Made by a program: the position numbers and the translations under genes
Notes under the pieces: generated by a model
What the model saw: only the letters and a program-made list of their open reading frames with translations
The model's database searches: none
What the model was told of the DNA's origin: nothing
Source of the DNA: Octopus bimaculoides
Taxonomy: Eukaryota
Length of the DNA stretch: 62,632 bases
Direction of reading: 5' to 3'
Assembly: GCF_001194135.2 (NCBI RefSeq)
Contig: NC_068989.1
Coordinates: 56,654,125 to 56,716,756 of the forward strand
Shown here: in pieces, positions 12,147 through 26,440 of the stretch
Layout: the number at the start of each line of letters is the position of its first letter
Numbering within the stretch: the first letter of the stretch is position 1

Positions 12147-12194
12147 GTCTTACACCTGTTTCTGGGATATTATGGATATCTCTTCATCAGAAAC
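12147..12194 (-). ncRNA. Decayed minimal (Penelope-type) hammerhead motif
   Basis: GTTT-CTGATGA-AGAGATAT-CCATA-ATATCCCA-GAAA-C-AGGT-GT-A-AGAC; same family as the 57-kb copies. Confidence 0.55.
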
Positions 12195-12249
12195 GATGTG
12201 AGATGGTTAAATAGAGGTAAATATTTGAGTTCAAAATAAGGAATTATTA

Positions 12250-12660
12250 TGGAAAAGGAGGGGATAGGGAATATAGACAGAAATAAGAGAATGAAAGTAG
12301 AAATAAATTTTGAAGGTACACAGTGATATCAATACAATTTTTAACCTTTTGCCAATTAATAAACTGTTTTCTTTCTAAATGATGTTGCAAGAATCTGAAA
12401 AGAGGATAGTTAGATGGAGCAAGAATAAGAGTGTAAGGAAGACGAGGCCAAACTCCCACATTTAATGCCATAATCATTTCTTGCTTGACTTGGACAACAT
12501 GTAGTCTTGCATTATATAAAAGCAACATCCCTTTACAATTGAAATGATGGATGCTTTACAGCAAATTTTTGTGCAATGCTTCCAACTGACAACATTTCTT
12601 CTCCATATTAACTGTTTCATTTTGGTTTAATATTTCAACATAGATGACATCCTTCATTTC
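12250..12660 (-). mobile_element. Mariner transposase C-terminal remnant
   Basis: WPRLPYTLILAPSNYPLFRFLQHHL resembles HPPYSPDLAPSDYHLFRSL. Confidence 0.7.
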
Positions 12661-15600
12661 TCATCAAATACAAAGCATAACGTTTTTCAGGTGTAATCTG
12701 GGTATGGGGATGAAATCTCCTTTTGTACTGGGTGCTAACCATTGTTGTTTTTGTTGTGTATGATTATTAGAGAACCCACCTTCCTCATTTGTGAGGATTT
12801 TACCCAGGAAGCGTTCAGTAGCAAGTCTACTTTTCAATAAAGAGCAGAAAACAACTCTTTGATTCAGCTGAAAAGCAGTCAGAAGATAAAGAACTCACAG
12901 ACAAAGTTTGTTGCTCTATTGACTGGGAGAATATTTCCTCCTTCCAGGAACAAATACAGGTGAGTGACTGGAAGAGCATCTAGTCATAGAAAAATTTCCA
13001 AGAACTTTATTATTCTATAGTAGTATATTTTTTTCCAATTTCTTTTTAAAAAGTAATTAGTAGGAAATTAGCTTTTTCATCTTCAAATGTTATATTAATT
13101 TTGTAGATGTGAAAATTATTCAAACATTTCATAAGTGAATATAATATACAAATTGTAGGGTACCACTAGACAAAATGATAGATGTGTATTTTTTGCTCTA
13201 TGATCATGTCTTTGGTGTATGGTTTGTGAGGCTGATTTTCCTATCTTATCATTCAACTGGCTACATACATACCTTATCTCTGCTCAGTAAGGGCTAATGT
13301 GGATCAACACATAATCATCAATTTAATGTCTACTTCCCATCTTTGAATAGGTCAGCTAAGAGAGTGTCAGGGCAGAGTTTTCTATGACTAGATGCTTTTG
13401 CAGTCACTAGCCTGTATCTGTTCCTGAAAGGAGGAAATATTCTCCCAGCCTATTGAGCAACATATTTACATGGAGAACTAGTAACAAACGATTCTGTATG
13501 AATGAACCTTTTTTTACAAGCCTCAAATGGAACACACATGAAGATGAGGGAAACAATTTTGCTCTATTAAGCTTTAATCATCAACAGTGTCTTAATTACC
13601 ACTCTTCCATGCTAGCATGGGTAACACTGGATTCAGTGAGGTAGATTTTCTACAGCTGGATGCCCTTCTAATTGCCAATCAACACCTGATTCCAATGAAA
13701 GTTAATATATTTTCTCATGGTTGAACATTTTCATGAACAATTGGAGCTGAAGGTCACTACTTGTATGACAGTGATGCTCATTTACGACTATTATGCAATG
13801 TAGGAGATACAAACACACACATGCATATACATAGAATTGGCTTCTTTCAGTTTCCATTAACCAAATCCATTCTTGAGCTTCTTCCAGTTTCTGTTGACCA
13901 AATCCATTTGCAAGACTTTGGCCAGGAGTTATAACAGAAGGCATTTGCCCAAGGTCTGACAGAGTGAGACTGAACTCAAAACCAAATGGTTGGGAAAATA
14001 ACTTAACCACATGACCATGCCAGCACCTCTCTAGCTTATCAAAATTGGATGAAATCAGCATTAAAAAAAAACAAAAAGCAAACAAATAGTCAGGGTTAGT
14101 TTGAATAACATTTTTATTTACAGCTTTTTTCCTCCAGCAATATCTGAAAGGATGTATATATATATAAAATAGTGTATTGCACAGTAAGTTTATACACCTC
14201 GTCTCACAGCTATTTGAAGATAAGTAGTATTCAATTAAACAAATATGATAATAATATATTTTCTTAAATAATAATAGAGATAATAATAATGAACAGCAGC
14301 AATTAAACAACTTTCTTTTTGATAAAAGCAATTAAAGCGGAACTATTTTAACATCAAATTAAAATCTGTTATAAATACATGATTATTTCTCGATATGTTT
14401 TTTTTAATTATGTTTATTTATCATTATGAAACAGAAAACAATTTTTTTTTAAACATCAGTACCATTTTAGGATGAATTTAGTTTTACCTTATAAATCCTT
14501 AATAAAACTATGGCTAGAACTAGGGACATTCCTCTTAAAGCTCATACCTATAGGGCTTGTTGTGTAATAGATATAATTACACCCGAGCTAATTATGATTT
14601 CTTCTGATAATGTTGAGAGGAAAGACCCTATATTTTGGAAGTGGTAATTGTTATAATATCCACACTTTTTCTCAAGTGCATTGGCAATGGAAGTGAATTA
14701 AAATAACTTGAACTGTAAACTGAAATCTAGCTGCAGTTTTAGCTTACCAGAAACTTCTGCTGAACATACTAGAGTGTGGCAGAAAAAGCTCCCACATTTT
14801 ATATGGCCATTTGTATGGCACTAGTGAAATTAAAGCTGTTGTTTTACCATATCTTTTTTTTTTTTTTACTATCATGTTTTAGATTGGTGCACACCATGCT
14901 GATACTTTTCAAGTATATATTAAAAGAGGTGAATCTGGGAGTGTTTTTGTCACACCCTGTACAACAACACAATAATAATAATAATAGATTTTCATTCTGA
15001 AAGTCAGTTTTGCCCAAATAATTTCAAAATACACACACACACACACCTTCTTTCCCTAGATGTTCTAAAATGCTTTCCTTTCAGAATATAAATTTAATAA
15101 AGTAAGTCAATTTTGAAGGATTTCATTGACTTAAAAAAAAAGAAAAGCTGGATTGACAATGGCTATTGATTTGTTTTTATTTTATTTAATTTTAGATATC
15201 TGAACTGGCCTCACTATATTGGTGGTACTGTTGTGGCAGGATTAAGGATTTGAACCCAGAACTGCTATAGGTAGAACTAAATATTTTATGGCATTTAGTC
15301 TAGTGCTCAGTCAACTTGACCATCTACTCTCCCCTTGGAGATCAACAAATATAATTAATTAAAAGAATATTCAAAGAAAAGCGTTGTTTGTATTTTTTGT
15401 CTTGTTTTTCTTTTTCCAAAGAAACTCCACTATTTACAAAGATTGAGGAATGAAAAACAATGTCCTGTAAGGATCATGATGATGTAAGGTCTACTGTGTA
15501 TCACCTTACTGTCTTGAGAGAAAGAAAGCTGTGCATAATAAGTCTGCTCAGTGAATCAATGACAGCAAACTCAAATTGGAAATCCAGTGGATCATTAAAA

Positions 15601-16979
15601 TGAGGAGATCAATTTAGAGATTACTTCGATTAGAATCAATCCAATTAAGTAGACAAATCCACTATTAGCTGATCTATTATTGAGAAAATTATTAAAGCTT
15701 ACACTTCAGCCAATGCAAAGAATTGCTTGCTAACAAACAATTTAAACAAGTTAGTACATGAACATAGTCTATGTAGTAACATAAAATGTGACCAATGGTT
15801 GAACTACCATTTAAATCGGGATTAAATTAAGACAGAGATCAAACCACAATTGTTCTGAATTTTCCGCTTTTCAAAATACAGAAAAATTGCAATCTGTAAT
15901 GTCCTATTGTTATCATCATCATCGTCGTCACCACTCTCAAACTGGTCAGCATTATTATTATTATTATAGTGTGAGGCAAGATTTTAGTGAACCAAGTTCA
16001 CAATTTTTTCCCTTTTTTTAAACGTGAGGTTGTAACCTCTGTACCTTACTAAACCCTTGGGAAAAGAATGAAGACATCAACTTTTCATTTCAACAAATTA
16101 TCAAGGGTCCATATATATTTAAAAAAATTTTACTTTAAAAAATGTAAAAATATTATAATTATTATTATAAATCTGAAACCCAGGAAATGACAATTAATTG
16201 CTTTAAGAAAACACAGAAGAATACAAAATATTTATATGATTTAAAACAACTCAGCTGAAGAATGAAAGTGTCAACTGTAATTTATGATATACAGCTACGT
16301 CATACAGACCATTTCATAATAATAATAACATATTCCATGAATTCATGTAAATGATACCAATGCTCCAGCATGGCCACACGCAACAGGCTGAGACCATAAA
16401 GAAGAACAGATCTTTACATAATCTTAACCACCATGGAAGAATTATGTGACCCATGCTAGCATGGAAAAAAATGAATGTAAAAACAAATGAATATATATAT
16501 ATATATCATTACCATCATATATAGGAATGTATAGGGAAATAAGGTCCAGGAGAATACCAAATCAGCACTCCATGTGATATACTAACAGAATATATAAAGA
16601 AATCAGAAACTATATATATATATATTATACACACACATTCTTTTGAGATTTAAGTTTTCCTTTGTAGAATTGAAGCTGGTCCCTAACAAAATAATCTATG
16701 GATTTGTTAACGAGAGACTTAATGTTTGCAAATATGTATTTGAAGATGCAGGTGATAATGGTGTCTTTATATAGCTAATAATTTACTGTTTATTTTTAAT
16801 GTTTTTTTTTTTCAGTTACCACTGTCAATCAGATCAGTATACACTGTGTGTTTGCTGTTGAAACATTTATCAAGAACGGTGAATCTGAGAAGTTTCTTTT
16901 TCTAAACTCTGTATATGAGTGTGAGATTAATCTTTATAAATGTATATGCATATGTCATATGTACACATGTAATTGTGTA

Positions 16980-17021
<42 letters not shown>

Positions 17022-17029
17022 AAGGTTAA

Positions 17030-18200
17030 ATGGGAAGATAGTTTTTGTGTGTGGCAAATGCTCAGGAGCAATAAACACTGAAAATGTGCAGAAAACAGCT
17101 GCCGTCACATTTCAGGGGGAAAAACTACAAGTAGTTGATAGTTTGTTCCTAGGTGACCAAGTCAGTAGCAGAGGAATGCTCTGAAAGTGTAGCTGCTAGT
17201 ATAAGAATACCTTGAGCAAAGTTCAGAGAGCTCCTACCTCTGCTAGTGACAAAGGGCCTCTCACTCAGAGTAAAAGGTAGACTGTATGATGCATGTGTGC
17301 GAACAGCCAAGCTACATGGCAGTGAAACATGGGCCGTGGCTGCTGAGGAGATGCCTAAGCTTGCAAGGAATGAAGCCAGTATGCTCCACTGGATGTGTAA
17401 TGTCAGTGTGCATACTTGACAGAGTGTAAGCAGCCTGAGAGAAAAGTTGGATTTAAGAAGCATNNNNNNNNNNNNNNNNNNNNNNNNNNNNNNNNNNNNN
17501 NNNNNNNNNNNNNNNNNNNNNNNNNNNNNNNNNNNNNNNNNNNNNNNNNNNNNNNNNNNNNNNAGATATGCTGTGCTTGAGAAGACCTGGCAAGCCAAGT
17601 GAGACCATAACCGAGGCCTATGGCTGTGCAGCATTACCAGCCCATTTAAGAATACTTTTCAATCATTGGGCAATAAACTGTGCTTGTGAAGGCCTGTTGA
17701 GGTAAGTGAAATCGTTGTCATGGCCAATGACAGTACCCCTGATTAGCACCCATGCCAATGACATGTTAAAAGCACCATTAGAGCATGATTGTTGCCAGTG
17801 TCGCCTGACTGGCTCCTGTGCCAGTGGCACGTAAAAAGCACTATTCAAGCATGATCATTGCCAGCATCGTCTGAATGGCTCGTGTGCCGGTGGCAGGTAA
17901 AAAGCACCATTCGAGTGTGGTTGTTGCCAGTGCCACCTAACTGGTTCCTGTGCAGGTGGCATGTAAAAAGCACCATTTGAGCATGGTTGATGCCAGTACT
18001 GCCTGAATGGGCCTCGTACTGGTGGCACATAAAAAGCACCCACTACAGTTTCGGAGAGGTTGGCATTAGGAAGGGCATCCAGCTGTAGAAACTTTGCAAG
18101 ATCAGATTGGAGCCTGGTGCAGCCTTCTGGCTTGCCAGCCCTCAGTCAAACTGTCCAATCCATGCCAGCATGAAAAGTGGACATCATGATATACGTCTAT
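17030..18200 (+). mobile_element. 5'-truncated RTE-type LINE (RT C-terminus plus subrepeated 3' UTR, (GAT)n-type tail)
   Basis: KLQVVDSLFLGDQ..WAKFRELLPLLVTKGLSLRVKGRLYDACVRTA..GSETWA-like coding remnant, then ggtggcacgtaaaaagcacc subrepeats and gtccaatccatgccagcatg. Confidence 0.85.
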
Positions 18201-18354
18201 ATCTATGTATACTTATTTTCATTTCAGGAAACTCAAACAGCAAATTGAAGAATTTAGAGAATGCAAATCAGGCCTGTTTGTCTTTCCCTTTTAAAAAAAA
18301 TCTGATCGCATCATAGCCCAGTGCATCTATAATAATAATAATAACCCTTTCTAC

Positions 18355-18556
18355 TATAGGCACAAGGCCTGAAATTTGAGGTGGGGGACTAGCCGATTAC
18401 ATCGACCCAAGTGTTTCACTGGTACTTAATTTATAGATCCTGAAAGGATGAAAAGCGAAGTTGACCTCAGCAGAATTTGAACTCAGAACGTAAAGACAGG
18501 TAAAATGTCACTAAGCATTTTGCCTGGCATGCTAATGATTCAGCCAGCTCACTACC

Positions 18557-18596
<40 letters not shown>

Positions 18597-18820
18597 TGAT
18601 CTGTTCTACTATAGGCACAAAGCCTGAAATTTTGGGAGAAGGGGCAAGTTGATTACATTGACCCCATTGTCCAACTGGTAGTTATTTTATCAAACCTGAT
18701 AGGATGAAAGGCAAAGTCAACCTTGGCAGAATTTGAGCTCAGAATGTAGTAAAGACGAATGAAATGCCACTAAGCATTTTGTCCAGTATGCTAAACAATT
18801 CTGCCAGCTCACCACTTTAG
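18355..18820 (-). mobile_element. Tandem pair of tRNA-derived SINEs with a Deu/Nin-like central domain
   Basis: Reverse complement reads ..gagctggc..gttctgagttcaaattc..ctttcatccttt..aagtaccag; further copies near 21220-21430, 24855-25020, 32880-33090, 37555-37750 and 45490-45695. Confidence 0.75.
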
Positions 18821-19155
18821 GTACAAATGTGAACATATAGGCAGGATACAACAAAAGCTGTAAGGTTTGTCAAGTTAATCACAGATGTATTCCCCACCCC
18901 CTTTTAGACAAGACATTCATCACCACTGGACAGCTGACCTCATCAAAAGTGCATGACATTTTTTTCTCCTGCCCCCTAGAATGATATATCTATTATGTTT
19001 GCAATTGATTTTTATTTTTAAAGGTGTAGCTATATTCTGGTTCTAGAGTCTCTCTGCATGAGTATCAAGTCAATTCTTCCTGAGACTGGTATTATCAACA
19101 GCTTGGAAAATGAAGTTGTCTATGTATGAATTTATGTATGAGCATATATATATAC

Positions 19156-19188
<33 letters not shown>

Positions 19189-19361
19189 GGGGGGTCTGTT
19201 AATATGTGCTTATGTATATAGCTGCATGGTTAAGAAGTTCTATTGACTACATGATTTTTGGCTTAGTACCACTACATGGTGCCTTGAGCAAGTGTCTTTT
19301 ACAATAGCCAGACCAATCAATACATTACAAAAGAATGATAGATGGAAACTGTGTGCCAGCC

Positions 19362-19458
<97 letters not shown>

Positions 19459-19729
19459 CATCTGTCACTGCTTGGCAATTGGTGTTGGTTTGTTTCTGCC
19501 CTTGTCACCTTGTGGTTCAGCAAAAGTAACTAATAAAATAAGTGTCAAGCTCAAACAGAATAAGTGAGGTCAAATTGATTGACTAAACCCTTCAATGCGA
19601 AGCCCCACCATGGTGGTAGTCTGAAACAAGTGAAAGAATAAAAAGAATGTACGTGTGTGTGTGTGTGTACACATCTTCATGTATATGTATACCTACATAT
19701 GTGTAAATGTATAAGCATGCCAGCATACA

Positions 19730-19763
<34 letters not shown>

Positions 19764-21714
19764 CACATACACACGTCTACACACACAACCAAATATACAT
19801 ATACGTGCATATGTATTGTTTACAAATAATAATATATTTTAGTTCCCTATTTCTTTGATATTCAGTCACACCAGAGAAAATGTGATGAAATAAATTTACA
19901 AGAAAAAAAAAAATCATTTTTTAAACAATATTACATTTTTCAAAAAGCTTTGAATTATTCCCAAGTAATATAGAGTAACAAAAATGGAATTTTATTTAAA
20001 TGCATGAAATATTTGGAAAAAAACCCCAAAAAACAATGTATTAAAGGTACTGTTTATATATGTGGAGGTTCACTTATTTGATGTGCAGTACATTATCTCA
20101 TCTGTACAATATACTGCACATAATTGCGTATATATAAGTATGTGTATTCAACTGCAGTGATTGAACAATCATATTGATTTATAGACAATTTCTAGTTATC
20201 TTTGTAAAACAACATATTTACAACGTTTTGGAACAGGTTCCTTATAATCTCCCATCAATAAGTGGAGAATGTTTGTTCATTATATTGTGCTTCTTCTGCT
20301 TACAGTAATAAAATACTCATTTAATTACAGCTGGGCCAGCTAGTGCAATGAGAGTAAGATATCATTACCATGGATACTGCAGAAAGCTATTATTGATAGG
20401 ATTTAAATCATCAATCCTTTCAGCTGGTAGAATAACGCCCGTCTATTACCTCTGATTATCTGTGCAAATGCTTTTGTTGTTGTTATGGAGATTCAATGCA
20501 ACAAATTAAGTTGAAGTCATAGACTGGCTTCAACTCAAATTGACATAAGATTTGAAACTTCTGAGAAAAACTTGAACATGAAGACTGTGCCGCAAACAAG
20601 TTTGGTAGAATAGTCTGCATTCTGTTCAGTATATGGCTCCATACCGAAAAAGCTGCTCCACTGGAACCAACTATACAGATCAATAACACCAATGCTAAGC
20701 TATACCATGTAATACATAGCAGCTGACATCAACAGAGGTATTTTATGATATACACATCAGATTAAGACTAGAGACACTAAAGGATGGGGGGTAATAAGGG
20801 GTTTTTAAATAAAACATAATACAACAAAAAATGCAGCCAGTTGTTGCATTCATGTAGAATAAGATTACATTTCAGACATTACTAGCCAGGTTCGGGCCGG
20901 GCTATGTAAAACATTGTTAATCAGGTAGGGTTTATTAAATACATGACAAGAAATTGTAATTGTTTTACTTTTAAAAATATTATTTTGTCAACACTTCATA
21001 AGTCAAGAGTAAATTGATAAAACTTAAAATGAAAAGTGAGAAGGAGGAGAGAGAGGATAAGATGTAATATAGTAGCATTTGTGAGTTGTAAGTTTAGTTG
21101 GAATAAAGTGTGAAGATGTTAGAAAATTGGACCAAAATTCTGAAACTAGAAAGGAATGTTGAACAAGAAGTAGCACTGAACATTTCAGAAAAACAATTGC
21201 TTCTAATTTAGGTACAGGGCCAGCAATTTATGGGATGGGGGAAGGAATGGTTAATCAATATCATCAACTCCAGTATATGACATGTTAGTGACTTTTCTTT
21301 GTAGTTTAGTTTTGTATAGAATGAAAAGCAAAGTTAACTTCAGCAGGATTTGAACTCTAAATGTAAAGAACCAGTTCAAATACCATAAAGTATTTTGTTT
21401 CAACAAGTGAATGATTCTGCTAGCTCGCTATCTTTATTTCAGATAAATAATGATTTCTGACCAAACACAAACACAGCAACACTGACACAATGACAAATGC
21501 CCCAAATACAACAGACACAATTTTTGTAGTAAAGAAGGAATTATTAAGGTCAATGCTGTCCTAATGTAACCAATCATACCTAAACTGGTAGAAGCAGGAA
21601 CATATTAATGGGTCACCCTATACAATTGGTAGTTTTCAAACATATTTTTCACTCACATTTGGTGCACTTTGCACATTAACTTAATAATAAAGGCATTTAG
21701 AAAATTATATATTT

Positions 21715-22100
21715 AGGTGCAGGCATGGTTGCTTCCCAACCACATGGTTCTGGGTTCAGTCCCACTGTGAGGCACCTTGGGTAAGTGTCTTCCACTATAG
21801 CCTTGGGCTGTCCAAAGCTTTGTGAGAAGATTTGGTGGACAGAAACTGAAAAGAAGACCACCATATGTGTGTGCATGTGTCTATGTTTCTGTGCTTGTTT
21901 CCCATCACCATCTGACAACCAATGTTGGTGTGTTGACATCCCTGTAACTTGGCAGTTCTACAAAGAAGGCTGCTAGAATAAGTACAAGGTTAAAAAAAAA
22001 TAATAAGTACAGGGGTTGATTTGTTTAACTAAACTTCTTCAAGGCAGTGCCCCAGTATGGTCAGAGTGTAATGACTGGAACCAGTAAGAGATAAAAGACA
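21715..22100 (+). mobile_element. tRNA-derived SINE (most abundant family in the window)
   Basis: gcttcccaaccacatggttctgggttcagtccc (B-box-like), caagtgtcttctactatagcc core, (GT)n and aataagtac tail; copies near 895, 19215, 27930, 33175, 33940, 36600, 39580, 41700 and 46270, reversed near 13740-14025 and 51975-52115. Confidence 0.8.
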
Positions 22101-23544
22101 TTTCTTTGTTTTAACCTATAAATAATGGATAATAATGAACTAGTATGTTCCTTAATCAATACAACATCGATATCACAACTTCATATTTAGAATTTTAGTC
22201 AGCATTTCTCATATATTTTAAATAGACCTGGAAGTGTTCATCTATTTAAAATCTTTATAATTTGTTACCTAAGGCAGTAAATTGGCATAGTCAATAGAGC
22301 ATCAGATAGAATACTCTGTGGTATTTATTCTGATGCTCTGTACTCAGAATTCAAATCCATTTAAGGTCAAATTCCCTCCACTCCAGAATTCCCAACCCAC
22401 TTGACTCTTCATCTCATATTCAATCCACCAGGCTTTGCACTAATTTCTGTACTCAATTCTTCTTTATCAATGTAAATCCTCTCCCCACCCACCTAGATTT
22501 TCCTCTCTGCTCAAGTCTTTCCCCCACACACACATTGACTACAAATGATCAAGAAGACAACCAGGCAAGAAGTTGAGAGTTGCATGCTGACTGTGTAAGA
22601 TTTAGTAAGGGACATGGGAAACTCAGAGTAGCAACAGAGAGTATCTCAGCACTATACAGATACATACCTACATATACTTCCTTATATATATATATATATA
22701 TGTACACACACACACATACATGTATGTATATAATNNNNNNNNNNNNNNNNNNNNNNNNNNNNNNNNNNNNNNNNNNNNNNNNNNNNNNNNNNNNNNNNNN
22801 NNNNNNNNNNNNNNNNNNNNNNNNNNNNNNNNNNNNNNNNNNNNNNNNNNNNNNNNNNNNNNNNNNNNNNNNNNNNNNNNNNNNNNNNNNNNNNNNNNNN
22901 NNNNNNNNNNNNNNNNNNNNNNNNNNNNNNNNNNNNNNNNNNNNNNNNNNNNNNNNNNNNNNNNNNNNNNNNNNNNNNNNNNNNNNNNNNNNNNNNNNNN
23001 NNNNNNNNNNNNNNNNNNNNNNNNNNNNNNNNNNNNNNNNNNNNNNNNNNNNNNNNNNNNNNNNNNNNNNNNNNNNNNNNNNNNNNNNNNNNNNNNNNNN
23101 NNNNNNNNNNNNNNNNNNNNNNNNNNNNNNNNNNNNNNNNNNNNNNNNNNNNNNNNNNNNNNNNNNNNNNGTGTCAAAACAGGAAGTGTGTGTAAGGGGA
23201 GACAAGTGTTTTTAGTTGGAGGTATATTTATTTATTTATTTTTTTATATATTATTGTTTTATATATTATTTTCTTCATTTTGTACTTCTTTGTAAAAAAA
23301 CATTTTCATTCTCCTTCTTGATAATTTGCTTTTTCGCAATGAAAACCGGTTAGAAGAAATCTTTATTAAAATATGCTTCCAGTTCAGCATTCTGGCTTTT
23401 TTTCATTTTCCTATTATTTCTCCACGTGCGGTTAACACAACCCCACTTTTTACTGACTTATATATATATATATATATGTACACACACACACATACATGTA
23501 TGTATATAATGTATCTGCATATATGTATGTATATGAATGTAAAC

Positions 23545-23754
23545 AAGGGGGTGCTGAAAAGTTCCTGGTTTTAAGGTATCACGAAAGGCCTGGTTGGAGG
23601 CCCAACCTTCTGAGTTCTTTTATAGGGCTTAGAAAAATTGAAGGCCCAATACAGTGTGTGAATCTGAGAGGGAAATATGTTGAATAAAATCATAATTAAC
23701 TGATCTTCCTGTGTTTCCTTTTACCCAAAACCAGGAACTTTTCAGTAACCTCTC

Positions 23755-23756
<2 letters not shown>
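23545..23756. mobile_element. Mariner-derived MITE
   Basis: TIRs tgctgaaaagttcctggtttt / aaaaccaggaacttttcagta, related to the TIR at 2851. Confidence 0.8.
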
Positions 23757-23802
<46 letters not shown>

Positions 23803-23833
23803 ATATATATATACATACCCATGAATGTATACA

Positions 23834-23876
<43 letters not shown>

Positions 23877-25842
23877 ATACACATATGCAAATATATAGGC
23901 ATATATACACACATCACCATAATTTGACATCCATCCTTCATGTGCCAATATCTACCTTGGCATGGCTTCTACAGCTAGATACATTTCCTAATGCGAGACA
24001 CTTTAGACTGTATCGGGTGCTTTTTATACCGAAATAGCTCCAGTGAGGTTGCCATGTAACTCACAAGACTAAAGATCTCCATCATCTGAGTGAAAGCATA
24101 ATTGAGAGAGATGCAGCTTTGTACTGCATATCAAGAGGTTGAAATATGAAAGAAGAGTCAGCAACAAGTTCTTTGGGAGGTTTTTTTGCTGTAGAGGAGA
24201 TACATGGAAACCCCACAATACATAAAAGTCAGCAGGAGTAAATGGGATAAAGCTGCTGAGAGGAGCCATGAGAAATGTTTCTATATTATGAGAGGCAAGA
24301 ATTTCGAAACAAATAAGACATTAAGGTGGCAAGCAGGCAAAATCTTACAAAATGTTTAGCGCCAATCTTCTGACTCCTTACATTTAAAGATCAAATCCTT
24401 AAGCAGTTACATATCAAAATAAGTGATGAGGTGTCAGAGTGTACCCTCAAAATACAAGGAGGTAAACAGAAGAGAGAGAAATAATGGACATAATGATGGT
24501 GATATTCTGAACTGAGAATAATTTCTATTACTAATCAGACTTTTGTGTTAAGCATTGCTCATGCTTTACAACAGGCTGAGAATGCTGATACACAAGTACA
24601 AGGGTCGATTTGTTTGACTAAACTTCTTCAAGATGGTGCCCCAGTATGGCCATAGTCTAATGACTGAGACCAGTAAGAGATAAAAGACATTTATTTGTTT
24701 TAGCCTATAAATATAAATAATGGATAATTATGAACTACCGTGTTCTTTATTCAATAAAACATTGATATGATGATTTCACATTTAAAATTTTAGTTGGTAT
24801 TTCTAATATTTTTTAAAATACACCTGAAAGTGTTCATTTGTTTAAAATCTTTTTAGGCACAAGGCCAGCAATTTGAGGGAGTGGATAAGTTGATTACATT
24901 GACCCCCATACTCAATAGGTACTTATTTTACCGACTTTAAAAGGGTGAAAGGGTTGACCACTGTGGAATTTGAATTCAGAACATAAAGATAGATGAAAAA
25001 TGCTGCTAACAATTCTGCCAGGTTGTCACCTTATCTACATATAAAATACTGGGTTGCTTAGTCGTTATGAAAAAGAAAATTATATATATAAAACTTATAA
25101 TGAAAAATAATGGAAAAAAAATATATATATAATTGAGAAAAGAGAGAAAGGAAGAGGGTGTATACATATGTGTATGTGTTTGTGTATATGTTCCAGTCCA
25201 AATATCCATATTTGTGACTAAATATGTGAAGTTAATGTATGTTAGCGCCTACTATATGTATGTCTGTTGCATTAATGTGATGATGATTTCAGATTTAAGT
25301 TAGTGTATATGGAGGGAGACTATATTTATTGTACAAGTTTGTAGAAGTGTGCATGCATATATGTATAAGGGCTTCACATTGCATTACCAATGACTAATTT
25401 CAATGATTCTTTCTAGCAATGGCTTTGCTTGTGTATGAGAAAGCAGCCACTATGTATGTAAGTATGGCTCTTCCTTTTGGGCAAATGCATAGCTATGCAA
25501 AGCCTTTCTTCATTTTAAAAAGCTTTGAGTTTAGACATTGCTTGATTTTTAACATCTCTATTATGTGTTGTATACTATGCTTGTTCATAGCCAAGAAAAG
25601 CAAAAATACTCAATGAAAACTTTCATGGAATGAAGACATGTGTTAAAATGGGTGGTAACTCTATAAACACTGGCTGCAAGAGGCAACCATCACTGCCAAA
25701 TCTGTGCAAAAATGTGTAGGTTGCTAGCAAGACTGAAAAACCCATCTGTTGCACTCATGTTTAAGAGAACAATCAAGCAAAGGCACTGCTTGAAATTGAG
25801 TTGCAACCAACGTGCATGCATGCATGCATGTATGTATATGTA

Positions 25843-25890
<48 letters not shown>

Positions 25891-26078
25891 TTAGAAATGC
25901 AGAGACGCCTATAATAGGACATCTACTCGCTAGAAATAGCAGCAAAAATACTACATACCACAAAAGTTAGGGATAATTTCGAAAGGAAATGAAAAATAAA
26001 AACTTTTACCAATCTATATTCTGTACCATGGTTTCAAGTCAATTTTAGTAAGATAAAGATTTTAGTAAGATAATATTA

Positions 26079-26111
<33 letters not shown>

Positions 26112-26260
26112 CATACATATATACATATATATAGGTGGGGGTGAAAACTACTTTTGAAACATTTGACTTTATTAGCTAGTAAAATACTTAGAAACATACT
26201 TCAACTGATAATAGACATATTTTTGCATGGATGTCTGTGAAAGAGATTCATATTGTGTGT

Positions 26261-26291
<31 letters not shown>

Positions 26292-26440
26292 CGTGTAATA
26301 GTTATGTGTTAAGATCCAAGAGACACTAACTCATATTAGTGAGGGTATTTAGATATAAAATAGGAATGAAACAATAATTTCTATATTAAAATGAATGTAA
26401 TAATTAATGCACGAAAACTAAAATGTAAACTCTTGACTTA

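Noticed and set aside
16802-16900. Strong plus-strand acceptor (t)n-cag at ~16815 suggesting an exon
   Set aside because: Downstream CVFAVETFIKNGES resembles a Tc1/mariner N-terminus, and no convincing donor or homology was found
20483-20692. Balanced-composition 69-aa ORF
   Set aside because: No recognisable motif or supported splice pair in any frame
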